A DNA stretch of 60,272 nucleotides, filler included. It is 4 parts of 4 records of this genome, joined end to end, with 100 filler letters (N's around TTAATTAATTAA, not from the genome) between each part and the next. Parts side by side here need not be neighbours in the genome. Positions count along the whole stretch, not along the records: positions 53,170 to 60,272 come from DRR723986_10618; 3 more parts are not named here. One strand, written 5' to 3'. Positions 58,043 through 60,272 of the stretch are shown here, in pieces. The notes beneath the pieces are model-generated. The model searched no databases. It was given only the letters and a program-made list of their open reading frames with translations, and was not told the origin of the DNA. A program made the position numbers and the translations under genes. Each line of letters begins with the position of its first letter. Position 1 is the stretch's first letter.

Positions 58043-58990
58043 ATGGCAGACCGCTTGATCATGAAACTCTCGGTCCGCGATGTGCGGACCGAAACACGGG
58101 ATGTTATTGTTATAAACTTCTTGCACCCACGACGGCCGGAGCTCCCGGCGTGGAGCGCGGGTGCACATGTCGACGTACATCTGCCAGACGGTTCAGTTCG
58201 GCAGTACTCGCTGTGTGGTGACCCGAAGGACAGGTCAGTTTACACGATCGCAGTAAAGCGGGAAGCGGACAGCCGCGGTGGATCGGCATGGCTTCACGAC
58301 AATGCAGTTGCAGGATTGGGACTTCAAGTCTCCGCGCCAAGGAACCATTTCGATTTCGATCCGGAAAGGGGGCGTCACGTTCTCGTCGCAGGTGGGATAG
58401 GCATCACGCCGTTCGTGCCGATGGTCAGTCAGCTTGTGGAAACAGGCCAGGACTTTGTTCTCCATTATTGCATGCGAAGCCGGGTAACAGCACCGCTCGT
58501 CACGGAACTCGAGGAGATCTGCGGGGCAAAGCTCCGTTGTTGGATTTCAGAGGAGGGGACCCGACTGGACGTAGCAACGCTTCTTTCTGCTGAAGGGAAT
58601 TCCGAACTTTATGTCTGCGGGCCACTTAAACTGATTTCGGCCGTCGAGGATGCGGCGCTGCACGCCAACTGGCCGGAAGAACGCCTCCACATGGAACGTT
58701 TCACAGCTCTTGAGGACGGCGATTTCCAGCCCGAGCCATTTGACGTCGTAATCGCGTCAACTGGCAAGGAGTTCGAAGTACCGGCGGACAGGAGCCTGCT
58801 CTCGGTTCTGCACGAGAACGGATTTGCTATCCAGTCCACCTGCGAGACCGGTGTCTGCGGCACCTGCGAATGCAAGTATCTCGAGGGAACGGTTCAGCAT
58901 CGCGATGTCGTGTTGACACCTCAGAAGCGGAAATCAAAGTTGATGGCTTGTGTCTCCAGGGGAACAGGAACACTGGTGCTGGATCTCTGA
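58043..58990 (+). CDS. PDR/VanB family flavin + [2Fe-2S] oxidoreductase
   Basis: GAHVD, RQYSL, SRGGS, AGGIGITP, YVCGP, ERF, CETGVCGTC…C plant-type [2Fe-2S] motif. Confidence 0.95.
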   Translation: MADRLIMKLSVRDVRTETRDVIVINFLHPRRPELPAWSAGAHVDVHLPDGSVRQYSLCGDPKDRSVYTIAVKREADSRGGSAWLHDNAVAGLGLQVSAPRNHFDFDPERGRHVLVAGGIGITPFVPMVSQLVETGQDFVLHYCMRSRVTAPLVTELEEICGAKLRCWISEEGTRLDVATLLSAEGNSELYVCGPLKLISAVEDAALHANWPEERLHMERFTALEDGDFQPEPFDVVIASTGKEFEVPADRSLLSVLHENGFAIQSTCETGVCGTCECKYLEGTVQHRDVVLTPQKRKSKLMACVSRGTGTLVLDL

Positions 58991-59059
58991 TCCGTGAAGC
59001 GGGAGAATAATTTTCTCCCACTGAAGTGGTCCGCCGTTATGTTTAGGAAAACGGAGGGT

Positions 59060-59350
59060 AATCTCCGGCCATCGTTGGCGCAAGTGACGGCGACCATCTT
59101 GCTTTCGACCCGATGCACGATGTGACCAATCATTTGCAACAGGGCATTGAGCGCGGTCATTTCAGGGCGAAAAAGAACATGCTGAAGGTCGGCTGGTTCC
59201 GCTCGTTCAACTCAGTCAGAAAATGCGTCGCTGGTTTTGAAGCCATGCTTAAGCTCAAGAAGAGTTTCGGCTTTTATGGTCACGGGTGTGTCCGCCAACA
59301 AAACGATCTGCTGGCGATGCCCTCGGGGAATGCAAAAGTTAACGAAAGTT
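59060..59350 (+). mobile_element. Degenerate IS6-family transposase C-terminal remnant
   Basis: VTNHLQQGIERGHFRAKKNM.KVG.FRSFNS.R…AGFEAML.LKK.FGF.G…V.QQNDLLA resembles the C-terminus of alphaproteobacterial IS6 transposases; the N-terminal part is missing and no intact terminal repeat is seen. Confidence 0.75.
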
Positions 59351-59558
59351 TCGACAGGTCCGTTGATTTCCATGCAGAACTGAGTCCGCCTATACTGTGA
59401 AAAGGCCGAGTTTGTTTGCAAGAAAAAAGGGCAGCTAGGAATTAGGATATTGTGGTTGATGTTTGTAGCGACGCGGACTGATCCGCGGCTCGAATTTCTT
59501 TCAAACGGCCGCACTGTGAACAAACCGGACTTGCTCCGGTCTGTCCATCGTAGTTTCC

Positions 59559-60272
59559 CTACAGCTGAATTAATCCAAGAGCTTTGACTACTTCGTGCTT
59601 TGTGGTTTCTGTGCGATCACGTGCACGTCTGGTCCCCCGTCGAATAATCTCCACGACGTGACTTCGATCTTTGGCTAGTTGTTCGCGGCGTTCACGGATC
59701 GGGGCAAGAAGCGCCTGCAATTTCTCTTCCAGCCGCTTCTTGATGTTCCCATCACCGAGCCCACCGCGTTGGTAATGGGCTTTGATCTCATCCAGTCCCT
59801 GTTCGTCGTCATCAAAAGCGTCAAGATAAGCGAATACGACATTACCCTCGACCTTCCCAGGATCCTCGACGCGCAAGTGGTTCGGGTCAGTGAACATAGC
59901 CCGCACAGCCGCACGGATTGCATCAGGTGAGGCGGAAAGCGGAATGGCATTGCCCCCGGATTTTGACATTTTGCTTGTTCCGTCAATACCCGGCAGTCTC
60001 CCGCTTCTGGGTATGACAGCCTGCGCTTCGGGGAGAACGTCGACGCCGGCGGTAGCATTTATTCGGCGTACGATCTCGTTAGTTTGCTCAATGAGCGGCG
60101 CCTGGTCCTCTCCCACAGGCACAACGGTTGCGCGGAACGCAGTGATATCGGCCGCTTGAGCTGCAGGATAGCAGAGGAAGCCGGCGGGAATGTCCCGACC
60201 GAAACCGCGTGACCGGATCTCGTCCTTAATGGTTGGGTTTCTTTCCAGACGCGAGACGGTAACAAAATTCAG
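59559..60272 (-). CDS. trpS: Tryptophanyl-tRNA synthetase (3' part; runs off the window)
   Basis: RLERNPTIKDEI, YPAAQAADI, VPVGEDQ, KMSKS, MFTDPNH, HYQRGGLGD. The frame is open to 60272. Confidence 0.96.
   Translation of the reverse strand: MNFVTVSRLERNPTIKDEIRSRGFGRDIPAGFLCYPAAQAADITAFRATVVPVGEDQAPLIEQTNEIVRRINATAGVDVLPEAQAVIPRSGRLPGIDGTSKMSKSGGNAIPLSASPDAIRAAVRAMFTDPNHLRVEDPGKVEGNVVFAYLDAFDDDEQGLDEIKAHYQRGGLGDGNIKKRLEEKLQALLAPIRERREQLAKDRSHVVEIIRRGTRRARDRTETTKHEVVKALGLIQL

Noticed and set aside
59408-59432. TTTGCAAG as an IS6 terminal inverted repeat
   Set aside because: Only a partial match to the IS6 end and no partner repeat found.

Overview
This window is not one locus. It is four unrelated contigs joined by artificial 100-nt spacers (44 N + TTAATTAATTAA + 44 N) at 17618-17717, 29355-29454 and 53070-53169. 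Contig 1 (1-17617) and contig 3 (29455-53069) look like an FCB-group bacterium (Bacteroidota/Ignavibacteria/Kapabacteria-like; inferred from the T9SS-type cargo proteins). They carry housekeeping genes (ruvB, uvrB, xerC, ferredoxin, pruA, pyrC), several large secreted proteins, a TPR-LuxR regulator, a membrane-anchored cyanophycinase fusion and a truncated low-complexity protein. Contig 2 (17718-29354) is gammaproteobacterial (Marinobacter-like): fleR(partial)-fleS-fleQ-fliT-like, DUF1329, sulA-lexA with an SOS box, an amidoligase + C26 amidotransferase pair, SIMPL and partial tamB. Contig 4 (53170-60272) is alphaproteobacterial-like: an XRE-cupin regulator divergent from a TRAP transporter-RidA-MOSC-PDR/VanB reductase operon, then an IS6 remnant and a partial TrpRS-II-like trpS. 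The best candidate for an undescribed system is the TRAP/RidA/MOSC/reductase operon, which I infer could import and reductively deaminate an N-oxygenated (oxime-type) acid. No rRNA, tRNA or CRISPR array was recognised. All family and taxon calls are from motif recognition by eye; no searches were run.
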